Under the pieces are notes generated by a model. It saw nothing but the letters and a program-made list of their open reading frames with translations. It ran no database searches and was not told where the DNA came from. DNA of 64,000 nucleotides. Source: a virus. A program made the position numbers and the translations under genes. Positions 44,549-54,113 of the stretch are shown here, piece by piece (the first letter of the stretch is position 1; the number at the start of each line of letters is the position of its first letter). The stretch covers positions 8,249 to 72,248 of the IMG/VR virus record IMGVR_UViG_3300047053_000004; one strand, 5' to 3'.

Positions 44549-45025
44549 TTAAACTTCCTCCTCTTTCCATTTCCGACAAAATTGCCCAATCGCCCCGCAA
44601 CTAATTCCTAATCTTTCAGAAATTTCTTTATATTTGATTTTGTGAGTAAACCGTAGTTCAATAATTTGCTTTTTGGCGTAATCATCAAGCTTTGATTCCC
44701 TTGCAAGGGCGATCGCCTCAGATGGTTTTCGTATTGATATGTTCCAAATTTTTAAGTATTTGTGGATACTTTTGGCACTACACCCACAAATTTTAGCGAT
44801 ATCTCGGCAGGACAACCCATCTGCGTACATTTCGGCAATTTCTTCTTGAGGGAGAATAAGCGATCGCCTTTGGGCTGATTGGGCAACGCTTCTAGTAGGG
44901 ATTCCGTGCCTTCTAAATCTCTTTAAAACACTACCTGGGGATTTCAATCCGACAACCATGCAACATTGTTCTAGACTTTGCCCAGATTCATATAATTGTT
45001 TTAATTGCTCCAAATCGACGGGCAT
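44549..45025 (-). CDS. Tandem HTH DNA-binding protein
   Basis: Three 'LY..G.S...IA...G.S..SV...L' type units. Confidence 0.7.
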   Translation of the reverse strand: MPVDLEQLKQLYESGQSLEQCCMVVGLKSPGSVLKRFRRHGIPTRSVAQSAQRRSLILPQEEIAEMYADGLSCRDIAKICGCSAKSIHKYLKIWNISIRKPSEAIALARESKLDDYAKKQIIELRFTHKIKYKEISERLGISCGAIGQFCRKWKEEEV

Positions 45026-45139
45026 TTGATTAAGTCTGAATGGATTGGATGTAGTTTTTAATTAATTTCTCAATCAAGCAATTTTGATAGTTTGCATGAA
45101 GATTTAAAATTATCCACTCTTTCTGGGATTGTCAAGAAT

Positions 45140-45233
45140 GAGGGTGTGGGGTGTTAGAAGTGCTGAGTTAGGAGTTAGGAGTTAGGAGTTTTGTTTGTCT
45201 CCTTGTCTCCTTGTCCCCTTGTCTCCTCACACC
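45140..45233. repeat. Composite STRR: (GAGTTAG)3 and (TTGTC(T/C)CC)4 within GAGGGTGTG/CACACCCT inverted ends
   Basis: Direct reading of the sequence. Confidence 0.8.
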
Positions 45234-45246
45234 CTATATTCCGACT

Positions 45247-47343
45247 CTACCAACAAATAAAATAAGTATTGCTATTAAGGCTTGGATTATCAAGACCTTT
45301 GTTTGCTGGCAATCTGCCTGTATTGTCTGCACGAATCACTGCAAATTTATCGGTAAATAGCAGCATTTTCCCATGTCCCAGTGTAAACCAAAATTTTCTT
45401 TGGCTCAGGTCATCCGAAACTTTTAATAGGGCCGCATCTCCATCATAGTAATCCGCTGTTTCTTGTCCTAAAAATTGCCAAACATCTCTTCCTTGGATGG
45501 CGCTGCTAGCAGTGGAACCTAGATAAATATTTTCGCCATCAGCATAGATTGATTCTGGGAAATTTCGATTAGATACTAAGTCTTTGGGAATTCGAGGGAT
45601 ACTGAATTGTCCGCGCTCTACCATCCAAGTATTAAGATTGATTACGCCGTAATAAAGGATGTGGGCATCTCTTGTTTTTCCGACTCCTGGGTAATCATAG
45701 GCGTCAGTTGTGGCTAGAGTTGGGGTTGCTAAATTTACCCCATTCCACCTAAAAATGGAATTTCCCCCAGCGGCGATGCCTGCAACATAAAGCTTGTTCT
45801 TGGCAATGCAGATTTTATAGAGACGGGTATCGGCCATATTATCGCCAAGGATTAGAGGACTGTAATCCCATAGATTATTAGTCTGCTCAATCCTGTCACT
45901 AGTAATTTTGTACTCCCGCAAGAAAGCTATTTGTACAGGCTGTCTATTTCGACGATTATTCCAGCCACACACATAAAGATAGTCGCCGTCAACCGCTACA
46001 TCAGTCACAAAATCCGCATCAATAGTTTTTTCAAAAATGCCCGCACCACTAAAAACTGTGATGGTTTTTCCCGCAAGATAAACGTTTGTTTCTCCACTGC
46101 TACAAATTTTGGAGTTGATGCAAGGTGAATTGATTTTTAAGTCCGTTGAATCAAAAGTATCAGTAAGGACTAGCCTTGTGGGAGTGGCAATCAAAAAACC
46201 ATCATCACAAAGGCTAAGAGCGTTAATAGTTTCTTTAACATCAAAGATTTTTGATGTATTCCCAGATTCACTCACTGCAAAAATACAGCCCCCAGCAGCA
46301 ACTGCAATTGACTTATCGTCCATCACGCAAGCTACCGTGGGATCTTCTAAATTTAGATAGGTGGCGATCACTGGGGTAAGATAATTCTCCGGATTGAATT
46401 GGGAGATATCTAGAATAGCTAGGAATTTTTTATTGAAGAAAGAAACATAAATCTGCTCTCCTCTTTTAGCGATAGAGGTAATTACGGTTTCTCCATCCCT
46501 TTGCAAGTTTAGTGTCGCTAGCTTTGTCCAAGTCCCGTCTTTATATAAAAAGAACTTGTGCTGTTTTTGGTCGGAGCTAGAGGATAAAGTAATAAGTGTG
46601 CCGTCGGGTTGGGGGAACAATCCGTGATTTCCCCAGCCTGGAAAGATTTTTTCCCACCCGCGTCCGTTGATGGGGCGAGAGAAGATGCCTTGCTCGGTGG
46701 AGATGTAGAGAGTGAGGTGATCAATGCTGACCACTAAACTAGTCACTGGCCCATATGGTCGCCCCAGCATATTCAGGCAGTCAAGGTTTTCGGTGATATC
46801 TTCAATGCTGCCACGTAAAAGGTCAAGCTTGTAAACCACTTCTTGAGATTGAGTTCCATTCTTGGTGCGGTTATAAAATTCGGTTGCGCCGTGGGTGTTT
46901 GCCCAGAATAAATTTGTGCCCTGAAGGACAGCGCCGACGTAGAAGTTGTTGTTCCATCCTGCAAATTGGGAGAATGCGTAGTGTAGGGGTTTTTGCCCTG
47001 ATTCAATTAAGCAACCTCGAACCCCATCACTGATACAAGCGATGCTATCACCCTCTACAATCAAATGCTCAGTCGGTATTTCATAGGGTAACTTATTTAA
47101 CTTGTCGTATTGTCCGATTGGGCAAATGCGGAGATGGCGATCACTCCCAATAAATGTAAAGTTTTCTCCTGATTTATATGTCGCCCCAAAAGGGAAATTC
47201 ACTTTTCTTAACGGAATGGGGAAATTTGATTCATCAACTTCAATAATCGATTCAGGAGTTAATAGGATGATTTTATCAAGCTCCGCATTGACGGAATAAA
47301 TTTTGGAAATATTGGGGATGGTTACAAAAGTCCAAGATGCCAT
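45247..47343 (-). CDS. Probable beta-propeller protein (698 aa)
   Basis: Repeated short beta-strand units (e.g. VTSLVVSIDHLTLYIST, VTDVAVDGDYLYVCG). Confidence 0.6.
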   Translation of the reverse strand: MASWTFVTIPNISKIYSVNAELDKIILLTPESIIEVDESNFPIPLRKVNFPFGATYKSGENFTFIGSDRHLRICPIGQYDKLNKLPYEIPTEHLIVEGDSIACISDGVRGCLIESGQKPLHYAFSQFAGWNNNFYVGAVLQGTNLFWANTHGATEFYNRTKNGTQSQEVVYKLDLLRGSIEDITENLDCLNMLGRPYGPVTSLVVSIDHLTLYISTEQGIFSRPINGRGWEKIFPGWGNHGLFPQPDGTLITLSSSSDQKQHKFFLYKDGTWTKLATLNLQRDGETVITSIAKRGEQIYVSFFNKKFLAILDISQFNPENYLTPVIATYLNLEDPTVACVMDDKSIAVAAGGCIFAVSESGNTSKIFDVKETINALSLCDDGFLIATPTRLVLTDTFDSTDLKINSPCINSKICSSGETNVYLAGKTITVFSGAGIFEKTIDADFVTDVAVDGDYLYVCGWNNRRNRQPVQIAFLREYKITSDRIEQTNNLWDYSPLILGDNMADTRLYKICIAKNKLYVAGIAAGGNSIFRWNGVNLATPTLATTDAYDYPGVGKTRDAHILYYGVINLNTWMVERGQFSIPRIPKDLVSNRNFPESIYADGENIYLGSTASSAIQGRDVWQFLGQETADYYDGDAALLKVSDDLSQRKFWFTLGHGKMLLFTDKFAVIRADNTGRLPANKGLDNPSLNSNTYFICW

Positions 47344-47534
47344 AAAGTACCATTCGATTAGTACAGATATTCTAGTGGAGAAAAGAGTTAATGCAATAAT
47401 ACCCGGTTAAAATCTCTTAGAAATAGAATGCGGCGCAAGCTGCACTTCTATTTATAATTTTTTAGAAGATGTACAAGTTAATGGTGGTACGTGTCCTCGT
47501 TTCAAAAGAGTATCGGCAGAGGCTGAAAACTAAT

Positions 47535-47564
47535 TTGCTCATGGCAACTAGTTTCCATGAGCAA
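47535..47564 (-). terminator. Hairpin TTGCTCATGG-N10-CCATGAGCAA, probable terminator after 47603..47890
   Basis: Perfect 10-bp stem; followed by ATTAGTTTT on the minus strand. Confidence 0.5.
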
Positions 47565-47602
47565 GGGTCAAATGCTGATTCTTCCGTTTAATTGTCAGGG
47601 TT

Positions 47603-47890
47603 TCATGATATCTCAGGAACAAATTGTTCCTGAGAGACAGGAAGCGATCGCTTGAGTGAAGATAGTATATATTGGTCTTTCTCAAATTTCCTTACAGCTT
47701 CTAAGGGAATTCTTGCTATTAATGAAGCGCCTTTAGTTTCTACGTTATCTAAATCAGATAATACTTTTTTCTCCCCTAAAATCAGCTTATCGTTGGGGAA
47801 TTGGGGAGTAAAGGTACTGAAAACTGAATCATACATAGTTTGTTGAAATATTTTCAATCTAATTTTACCTGCTTCCAACAACTGTGCCAC
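47603..47890 (-). CDS. Hypothetical protein
   Basis: 95-aa ORF; its 3' end contains the 21-bp palindrome. Confidence 0.45.
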   Translation of the reverse strand: MAQLLEAGKIRLKIFQQTMYDSVFSTFTPQFPNDKLILGEKKVLSDLDNVETKGASLIARIPLEAVRKFEKDQYILSSLKRSLPVSQEQFVPEIS

Positions 47891-47926
47891 TTTCTCTAGC
47901 TAGATAAACAGCTTTACCTTACCCCC

Positions 47927-47967
47927 TTGACACATACCCTCTGAGGGTAATAATATATAAGGGTAGG
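47927..47967 (+). promoter_or_regulatory. Sigma70-type promoter with a TACCCT/AGGGTA operator-like inverted repeat in the spacer
   Basis: TTGACA (47927-32), 18 bp, TAATAT (47951-56); TACCCT-CTG-AGGGTA between them and a further AGGGTA downstream. Confidence 0.5.
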
Positions 47968-47984
47968 CAACAGGAGCAGAAAAA

Positions 47985-48533
47985 ATGTTTTTACCAGCAG
48001 CACACCCAATATTAGAGAAGATTGAATCCATTGATTTAGTCAAATTGCTTTTCAAGGGAGAAGTAGCTACGTGCTACGAATATCGGAATAAAGTGGTTGC
48101 CTTTATTAATCAGGCAATTTCGGAAGTTGAAGACAAGTCTACTCTAGATGAAGACCTAGCAATCATTTATCAATGGTTTGCTACGAATAATTCCGCTAGA
48201 TATTGGCAATCAGCAGGCAAAGAAAAAAATCCCAAGCTTATGGCTGAATGGATTTTAGATAATGCTCTAAGTGAAGTAGAGTCTAAAAAAGCTGAAAAAT
48301 CTTTTCATAAAGCTGCTGGAGTTCCCAGTGAGTCAGATTTAGAAGATGCTTATAACTGGGTTGAATCTTCTTTAAATGGTAGTCCAGCGCAGATAAAATG
48401 GGCGAAAGATATAGCCCATAAGCATCAAAATGAAATTTGCATTATGTGGAAGAAAGGAAAAGAAATTCCTACTTCTGCTAAATGGTGGATTGATAATCGC
48501 AATGGAATTTTGCAAGCATTGGGAAGTTTGTAA
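47985..48533 (+). CDS. Hypothetical phage protein
   Basis: GSPAQIKWAKDI and AKWWIDNR motifs; GGAG RBS. Confidence 0.7.
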   Translation: MFLPAAHPILEKIESIDLVKLLFKGEVATCYEYRNKVVAFINQAISEVEDKSTLDEDLAIIYQWFATNNSARYWQSAGKEKNPKLMAEWILDNALSEVESKKAEKSFHKAAGVPSESDLEDAYNWVESSLNGSPAQIKWAKDIAHKHQNEICIMWKKGKEIPTSAKWWIDNRNGILQALGSL

Positions 48534-48534
48534 A

Positions 48535-48816
48535 ATGCGTGACACATCTACTAACAAGCTTGCATTGCTAGCCCCAGATTTGTTACAGGGCAAAATTCCG
48601 AATCCTTGCCCAGTCAGCGCTCAACGTGCGATCGCAATTCTGAAAATCCTCCAGGATGGGGAGTGGCACACGGCAAGGGAAATTTCTCTTGCTACAGGCA
48701 TCGGCGCAAAGTATGCGCGTGATATTTTACGAACCTGTCAAAATGCTTGGGGACTGGCATCACATCAAAGAAATGGATGGATGTTGGTTGGTAAAGATTC
48801 AGTGGTTATTGTTTAA
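48535..48816 (+). CDS. Winged-helix DNA-binding protein
   Basis: ILKILQDGEWHTAREISLATGIGAKYARDIL; ATG just after the upstream stop. Confidence 0.65.
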   Translation: MRDTSTNKLALLAPDLLQGKIPNPCPVSAQRAIAILKILQDGEWHTAREISLATGIGAKYARDILRTCQNAWGLASHQRNGWMLVGKDSVVIV

Positions 48817-48899
48817 AAACTATATGATATCCGCTCAATGGAATATTGGGCGAGTAATTTCATGCTTTATCACTTAAGATAAATTGGTAATCAAGGAAG

Positions 48900-49094
48900 T
48901 TAGCGAACCAGATATTGCAAAGTGGTTTCTTTTTTGGGTTTAAGATTTTGCCCAGTTGAGAAACTCGGCACGCTACCTAAAAATAGTGCGATCGCAAGTA
49001 CCCACAGCATCGGATGAGCTTTCCCCAAATTCCACCACTGCCAATTGAGTGTAGGTAGAGGGGAATCGTCATGGATTATCGCAGCCCAGTTCAA
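48900..49094 (-). CDS. Small membrane protein
   Basis: Hydrophobic MLWVLAIALFLGSV segment; overlaps upstream ORF. Confidence 0.4.
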   Translation of the reverse strand: MNWAAIIHDDSPLPTLNWQWWNLGKAHPMLWVLAIALFLGSVPSFSTGQNLKPKKETTLQYLVR

Positions 49095-49368
49095 AGTCCT
49101 GGGATTGCGCTGGCTGGATTTTATCGCATAGATTTGGGCGATCGTAGCGAAGCGGATACCATTGTTTTGTTAAATTAACTAGCTCTGAGTAACTCTCTTG
49201 GCAGATTAAACTTGTGTCTGGTTCCTCCGGTCCCTGACAAGAGGACACTACCAAGTCGATATATTCTTGTTGTTCTCGTGTTAGCTTTGGGACTAGATCG
49301 TGTTCAGGTTTTCTTTGGGCGATTGTGATTTGCCCAGCAAGAGAGAGTGCAAGCAAAAGATTTAGCAT
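49069..49368 (-). CDS. Putative secreted Cys-containing protein
   Basis: Signal-like MLNLLLALSLAG; four Cys. Confidence 0.5.
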   Translation of the reverse strand: MLNLLLALSLAGQITIAQRKPEHDLVPKLTREQQEYIDLVVSSCQGPEEPDTSLICQESYSELVNLTKQWYPLRYDRPNLCDKIQPAQSQDFELGCDNP

Positions 49369-49401
49369 TTTTGGAAGTAGTAAATATTATCCATTTTTAG
49401 G

Positions 49402-49701
49402 CTATAAATCATACAAAAGCTGATATCCCAGTATGAGCCGTCGCGTAAATTTTGGTAGGTTGCGGTTTCCCCAAACTGGATTTTTCTTATCTGCTATCCA
49501 GTTCCTTTTGTTGTGGCAGATACTGTTATGGCAAGAAATACAGACTGGAAACCAATTCTTCCCCAAATTATTCTCGCCGTAACTAGTATGATGTAACTCC
49601 ACGAATTTTTGCTTCAGGCAACAGCAGCAGAGCGATCCATATTTCTCCAACTTTGAGCGAGCGATCGCGCACTCCCTACTGTAATTATTGCCGTACCGCA
49701 C
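49402..49701 (-). CDS. HNH-like endonuclease
   Basis: CCCC...ELHHTSYG...PVCISCHNSICH; GTG start at 49701 avoids overlap with the ATPase gene. Confidence 0.6.
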   Translation of the reverse strand: MRYGNNYSRECAIARSKLEKYGSLCCCCLKQKFVELHHTSYGENNLGKNWFPVCISCHNSICHNKRNWIADKKNPVWGNRNLPKFTRRLILGYQLLYDL

Positions 49702-49709
49702 CGAGTAAT

Positions 49710-51395
49710 CTAATTGCGGTTTACCAAATACTCGTGCAGCATTTCTACTTGCTTGCTGCTGGGCGCTGTGCCCATCATTTCTTCCCACTTGGCTTTGATT
49801 AAGTCTGGGGTTGGCACCATTCCGAGTTGGTCTGCCCATGCAATTAAATCCTCATGCCAATCAGTTTGAATATCCTGTTGTGTTGCTAAAGGGATGGTTA
49901 ACGGAAGCTGGTTAATTGGTAGCAATCCTTTGGGCTTGTTGCCCTTCTTTTTAAATTGCTTGTAACTGTGATGCGTAGGATGTACTGCAAGCTGTTCAGG
50001 TACTGCACCGCGAACGACGCAGCTGTAAGCTGTCTCATCAACATACTTGCGGCGCGGATCGTCTTTCTTCCACTGCAAAGCAATTTGACGAGCGGTGGCG
50101 TTAAGTCCAATCAATAAATAGTTGTTCCGCATCTGGGCGGAGATGCCCAAATCCTCAACATTAGAAGATTGGTTAAGAGCAATGAGCGCAATTTTATATT
50201 TCCGGGCTTCGCTTCCCAGCCGCTTGATAGCGATTTCCATATTTTCTTTATCGTCAAAGTTTTCGAGACATGCGTTAATTTCATCAGCAAAAACGATGAC
50301 CATCGGCTCTGCGTCCACTTGTTCTTTGCTGAAATTGCGTCGTTCATCAAGCAGTCCTAGCAGGATTCCTAACTGTTTTTCGATTAACTTGAAATCTGAA
50401 ATGGCATGAATCCCTAACTCTTTCCACAAGACGTTCACATTTGCATGAGGGTCAAGTGCTAAAACTTGGGCGGGATCGTCTTTAGTTAGCCAGCCAGCCA
50501 CCCAAACCGCCACAGAAGTTTTGCCACTGCCAGAGTTGCCAGCGATGATTATGCCCACAGCGTCGTCTATTAAATCGCGCCAGTCATAAAATTCGAGTTC
50601 GCCAACCTTACCAGGACAGAGAGCTTCATAATCAATCTCTTCGGTTAGTTCTATGGGATTAACCGTAGTAGATAAATATCTAGATGCTTCATTTTTGTGC
50701 TTTGCTTCTTCAGCTTCAGATTTAGCTATTTCCATTTTCAGTTTTGCTAATTGTAGGAGACGTTGATACTCGACTAATTGGTTGTGTTTTTCTGCTTGTT
50801 CGCGCTCGAATTCGCGTTCGCCTTCAGTTTTTTCAACAGCGCGAGTAATTTGATCTGACAGAGTAATCTGGTCTTTAATGTATTCAGTCTCGACAGCAAT
50901 TTTATGACTACTGATTTCGCGCTGTTGTTCATTCACTTGAATTTCTTGGCTTAAATCAGTTTTCAACTCTTCAAAATAAGCAACAAATTCTCGCTTGTAG
51001 CGCTGCAATCGTTTGGAGATTAAAAAAGTGCTACTACTCAGAAGTATTAAACTGCCCAATGCCCAGTTTTTAGCGTCAGGATTTGTCGCCAGAATCGTCC
51101 GCAATCGGGTGGCTTTCTCGGAAAGAATAAAAGTTCCTTGAGGTTGAAATCTGGGATTGGCAGGAACATAATCTTCTTGTTTCCAGTATCCTTCCGGGAT
51201 AATGTATTGTTTATCTTGAGTGCAGTACTTAGTAATATTTTTTTTATTTTTTCTGGGTTTAAAGCAGAATTCAATCACGTCATACTTCGTTCCAGACAAC
51301 GAATAGACTGACAATCCTAAGCCCGTGACAGACAAAGCGATCGCCAGCCCAATCAGGGATTGATTTTGCTGTTTGAAAAGCTTCAACCAATCCAA
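49710..51395 (-). CDS. Membrane-anchored FtsK/HerA/VirB4/TraD-superfamily ATPase
   Basis: Two N-terminal hydrophobic helices, coiled coil, Walker A GNSGSGKT, Walker B VIVFADE, EARKYKIALIALNQS arginine-finger/sensor motif. Confidence 0.8.
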   Translation of the reverse strand: MDWLKLFKQQNQSLIGLAIALSVTGLGLSVYSLSGTKYDVIEFCFKPRKNKKNITKYCTQDKQYIIPEGYWKQEDYVPANPRFQPQGTFILSEKATRLRTILATNPDAKNWALGSLILLSSSTFLISKRLQRYKREFVAYFEELKTDLSQEIQVNEQQREISSHKIAVETEYIKDQITLSDQITRAVEKTEGEREFEREQAEKHNQLVEYQRLLQLAKLKMEIAKSEAEEAKHKNEASRYLSTTVNPIELTEEIDYEALCPGKVGELEFYDWRDLIDDAVGIIIAGNSGSGKTSVAVWVAGWLTKDDPAQVLALDPHANVNVLWKELGIHAISDFKLIEKQLGILLGLLDERRNFSKEQVDAEPMVIVFADEINACLENFDDKENMEIAIKRLGSEARKYKIALIALNQSSNVEDLGISAQMRNNYLLIGLNATARQIALQWKKDDPRRKYVDETAYSCVVRGAVPEQLAVHPTHHSYKQFKKKGNKPKGLLPINQLPLTIPLATQQDIQTDWHEDLIAWADQLGMVPTPDLIKAKWEEMMGTAPSSKQVEMLHEYLVNRN

Positions 51396-51400
51396 ACTAC

Positions 51401-51973
51401 TTACCTCCTAAAAAATTTACTAAAAATAACTGGAATAAGGGCTATTAAGGCTGAAGCTCCAAAAACAAATTGCAGTTGTAGATTAATGGACAATCCATCG
51501 GTAGGCTGCACTTTTATTTCATAGCTTTTGACCTCGACTTCAAAAGCTTGAATTGATTCATTCGCGTATTGCATAAGTTGTCTGTATTCTTTGGTTGCAT
51601 TCCACGAGATGCCAGCGGAAGCCAGCAACTTAGTCGTCCCAAATATCACTCGTGAAATATCCCGTACCTTGTAGTCAGTTGTAAGGTCAATCCCCGCCTC
51701 GCCAATATCTATGATGGCGGGGATCGAGCCAAGGGCGAAGCCCAATAACCCCGAACTCATCGCTCCTAGACCGAAATCAATCGCTAGGAAACAAAGTGAG
51801 ATATTGGCTGAATTGGCAGTCAGCGTTAGCAGGAAGTTCCGAATAAACCCAAACGTCGCGCAAGTTGATAGATAGTCCTTTTCTAAACGGTTTAAATAAT
51901 CTTGATATTCACGGGCTAATCCGAGATTCGTGTTATTTTCTTCATCTATTGTTTCATCTACTTCGGATAACAT
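51401..51973 (-). CDS. Multi-pass membrane protein
   Basis: Several hydrophobic segments (ISLCFLAIDFGLGAMSSGLLGFALG; FVFGASALIALIPVIF). Confidence 0.7.
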   Translation of the reverse strand: MLSEVDETIDEENNTNLGLAREYQDYLNRLEKDYLSTCATFGFIRNFLLTLTANSANISLCFLAIDFGLGAMSSGLLGFALGSIPAIIDIGEAGIDLTTDYKVRDISRVIFGTTKLLASAGISWNATKEYRQLMQYANESIQAFEVEVKSYEIKVQPTDGLSINLQLQFVFGASALIALIPVIFSKFFRR

Positions 51974-52037
51974 TGTTTTATTAATCTATCTGGCTACCCA
52001 CCACACGACTGACATCGTGTGGTGGTTTTTTATGAGT

Positions 52038-52691
52038 TCAAATTCCCAATACATTGCGGAAGCGCTGCATGACTCCAACAGGGCTTTTAGCAAGGGTTTC
52101 GTAATCGCGTTTGTGAATAAGCGATAAATCTGCACTATCGCCATGAGCCAAAAGATGCTCAGCAGATTTAAGTTTGTGCGTTTCATCTTCTTGAATCTGC
52201 TTCAATTTAATCCGTGATCGCTGTTCTAGTACGCGAACTTCCCCCTCGACATTTTGAATAATCATGTCGGCAATCAACTTAGCTCTGCCGTAATCAATCC
52301 TCCATTTATGCCCCTGATTTTGTAGTTCCATCTGAGCTTTAAATTGCTCAGATAGTTCGTACATATCATCCCAATATTTGACGTTAGCGTGGCTGGCGAC
52401 ACGCTTGGCTTTTTGGATTTCAAATTCAGACTTAGACCCATCTGCGACAAATTCCCCTAAGAATTTATTCCATTCCGCTTCATTTTTAACTTTGGTTTGA
52501 ACAGTTTCAATAATGGCCGGCATCAAGACAGATGCCATTTTCCCTTCTTGATACATGGTTCCAAGTTTGCGGAGTACATCTTGATCTCCTGTCAGCGCTT
52601 TTTGTAATTCGCTAACACTCACCCCAGCCACACGCTGCGCGGCTCTACCTGCTCTGGTCTTCGTGTTGATACGGGTTCTGATGTATTTCAT
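52038..52691 (-). CDS. Coiled-coil hypothetical protein
   Basis: 217 aa helical; GGAG RBS. Confidence 0.75.
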   Translation of the reverse strand: MKYIRTRINTKTRAGRAAQRVAGVSVSELQKALTGDQDVLRKLGTMYQEGKMASVLMPAIIETVQTKVKNEAEWNKFLGEFVADGSKSEFEIQKAKRVASHANVKYWDDMYELSEQFKAQMELQNQGHKWRIDYGRAKLIADMIIQNVEGEVRVLEQRSRIKLKQIQEDETHKLKSAEHLLAHGDSADLSLIHKRDYETLAKSPVGVMQRFRNVLGI

Positions 52692-52786
52692 AAAATACTC
52701 CTTGCGCTACAAACAACAAAATAGGTGTCAAAAATAACAGCAACAGCAAATTGAATTGATGCTGTTGTCTATATTCAATAGTCTGC

Positions 52787-53356
52787 TCAACTAGGGATTT
52801 TGAAGAAGCCGAGAACTGTTGCTTCTGTGGTGCGAAAATTGTTTACAGCTTTCTCCACATCAAGAGAAAACCTCTCTGCCTTCTGGGTGAAGTGCCGATT
52901 GCTTTCATTTAATTTTGATGCCAGATGATTTTGCACATCTTCTATCAAAGAGTCGGTTTCTTGGAAATCTTGGTCTATATGGTGATCAATCCACGCAATA
53001 ATGGCAGACTTAATCTTTTCTTTGAGTGAAGCGCGATCGCTCAATGCCCAGTTCATTTTTTGGCTAATTAATTTAATCTCATTTACTGGTATTTGTACGT
53101 CTAGAGTCGATGCAACTTGCTGAATTAGCTCTTGCTTGTCTCGCTGACTGAGCGTGGAATCTGTCGGCTCGACTGGAACCATTTGGCTAAAAGTTGATAG
53201 AAGCTCATCAACTATTGTTGCTAATTCTGCTTCATCAAATTCAAATTCTTCAATGCCAGGACGAGTATCTGTGATGTGCTTTCTGATTTGCGGCAGACTC
53301 ACGGGCACTTGTTTTCGAGTTAACCGAGACTGGATTAATTTGAGTTGTTTCTCCAT
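52787..53356 (-). CDS. Helical hypothetical protein
   Basis: 189-aa ORF with RBS-like GGA. Confidence 0.7.
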   Translation of the reverse strand: MEKQLKLIQSRLTRKQVPVSLPQIRKHITDTRPGIEEFEFDEAELATIVDELLSTFSQMVPVEPTDSTLSQRDKQELIQQVASTLDVQIPVNEIKLISQKMNWALSDRASLKEKIKSAIIAWIDHHIDQDFQETDSLIEDVQNHLASKLNESNRHFTQKAERFSLDVEKAVNNFRTTEATVLGFFKIPS

Positions 53357-53364
53357 TACTTTCC

Positions 53365-53757
53365 TTAAGCAAATAATTTATACAAAACGCTTCCCAGATC
53401 CGACACACAATAAGTTCCATCATTTCGATAACTCATTCCCGCAGATCGAAATGCTCGATAAAACTTATGTTTGGAGATGTGAGGATATTTTTCATAGACA
53501 TAATCCTTCACTAGAACGCCTTTGATTTCGCCGTCTAAATCAATGGCTGATTGCACAACCAGATGCAGTACATCAGACACGATCGGCTTCCTGGGGGCAA
53601 ATCGTTTGCATTTGGCTACGAACTGAAGGTTTTTGGTAGTAATTGGCAACTGTGCAGTCTTGAGTTGAGTTTTTAATTCCTGCCATTGGCGGGCGCGAAC
53701 CGGCTTGCCAAGACATGTTTCGTAGATGAGTCTTGAATTCTCCTTTTTTAGTGGCAT
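53365..53757 (-). CDS. Putative DNA-binding protein
   Basis: Basic; C-terminal HTH-like 'YPHISKHKFYRAFRSAG'. Confidence 0.55.
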   Translation of the reverse strand: MPLKKENSRLIYETCLGKPVRARQWQELKTQLKTAQLPITTKNLQFVAKCKRFAPRKPIVSDVLHLVVQSAIDLDGEIKGVLVKDYVYEKYPHISKHKFYRAFRSAGMSYRNDGTYCVSDLGSVLYKLFA

Positions 53758-53838
53758 ATAACCTCTGTGGCTTGAAACCTAACTCCATCGTCGCTTTGAA
53801 GGAAAGACGGGTATTTTCGTTGTCTTTGGGAAAACTGT

Positions 53839-54113
53839 TGCAGTCAACATTTAATGAAATGCATTGTTACTGCAAACAACATGCAATTTAGTTGATACTT
53901 GAAGGAGCAATTAATGCAAAAATTGTTGTAGTGCTTTGCCAGATACTCGTAAGGAAATGCCGTGTAGTGCAACTAGTTTTGGCAAAGTATGCCGTGTAGG
54001 TGGTTTGCACTTTATGCAGACAAATAGTGCAACGATGCTTTGCGACAGATAATGCAATTCAACTTTTAGGGGTGAAGTCCTTGCAATTTTTGGGTAACCC
54101 TGGATTGACTGCA
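53839..54113. repeat. Array of TGC(A/C) motifs, partly in helical phase, with direct repeats ATGCCGTGTAG and TAGTGCAAC
   Basis: TGCA/TGCC at 53839, 53860, 53871, 53882, 53915, 53937, 53958, 53968, 53990. Confidence 0.45.

Noticed and set aside
44361-44604. ORFs 44361..44600 (-) and 44371..44604 (+)
   Set aside because: They are translations of the palindromic repeat (GKGE/FPLT low complexity)
9107-46360. Numerous 60-160 aa antisense ORFs in the track (e.g. 9107..9514, 10081..10509, 13533..13937, 14619..15017, 22313..22702, 31452..31814)
   Set aside because: Shadow ORFs opposite well-supported genes
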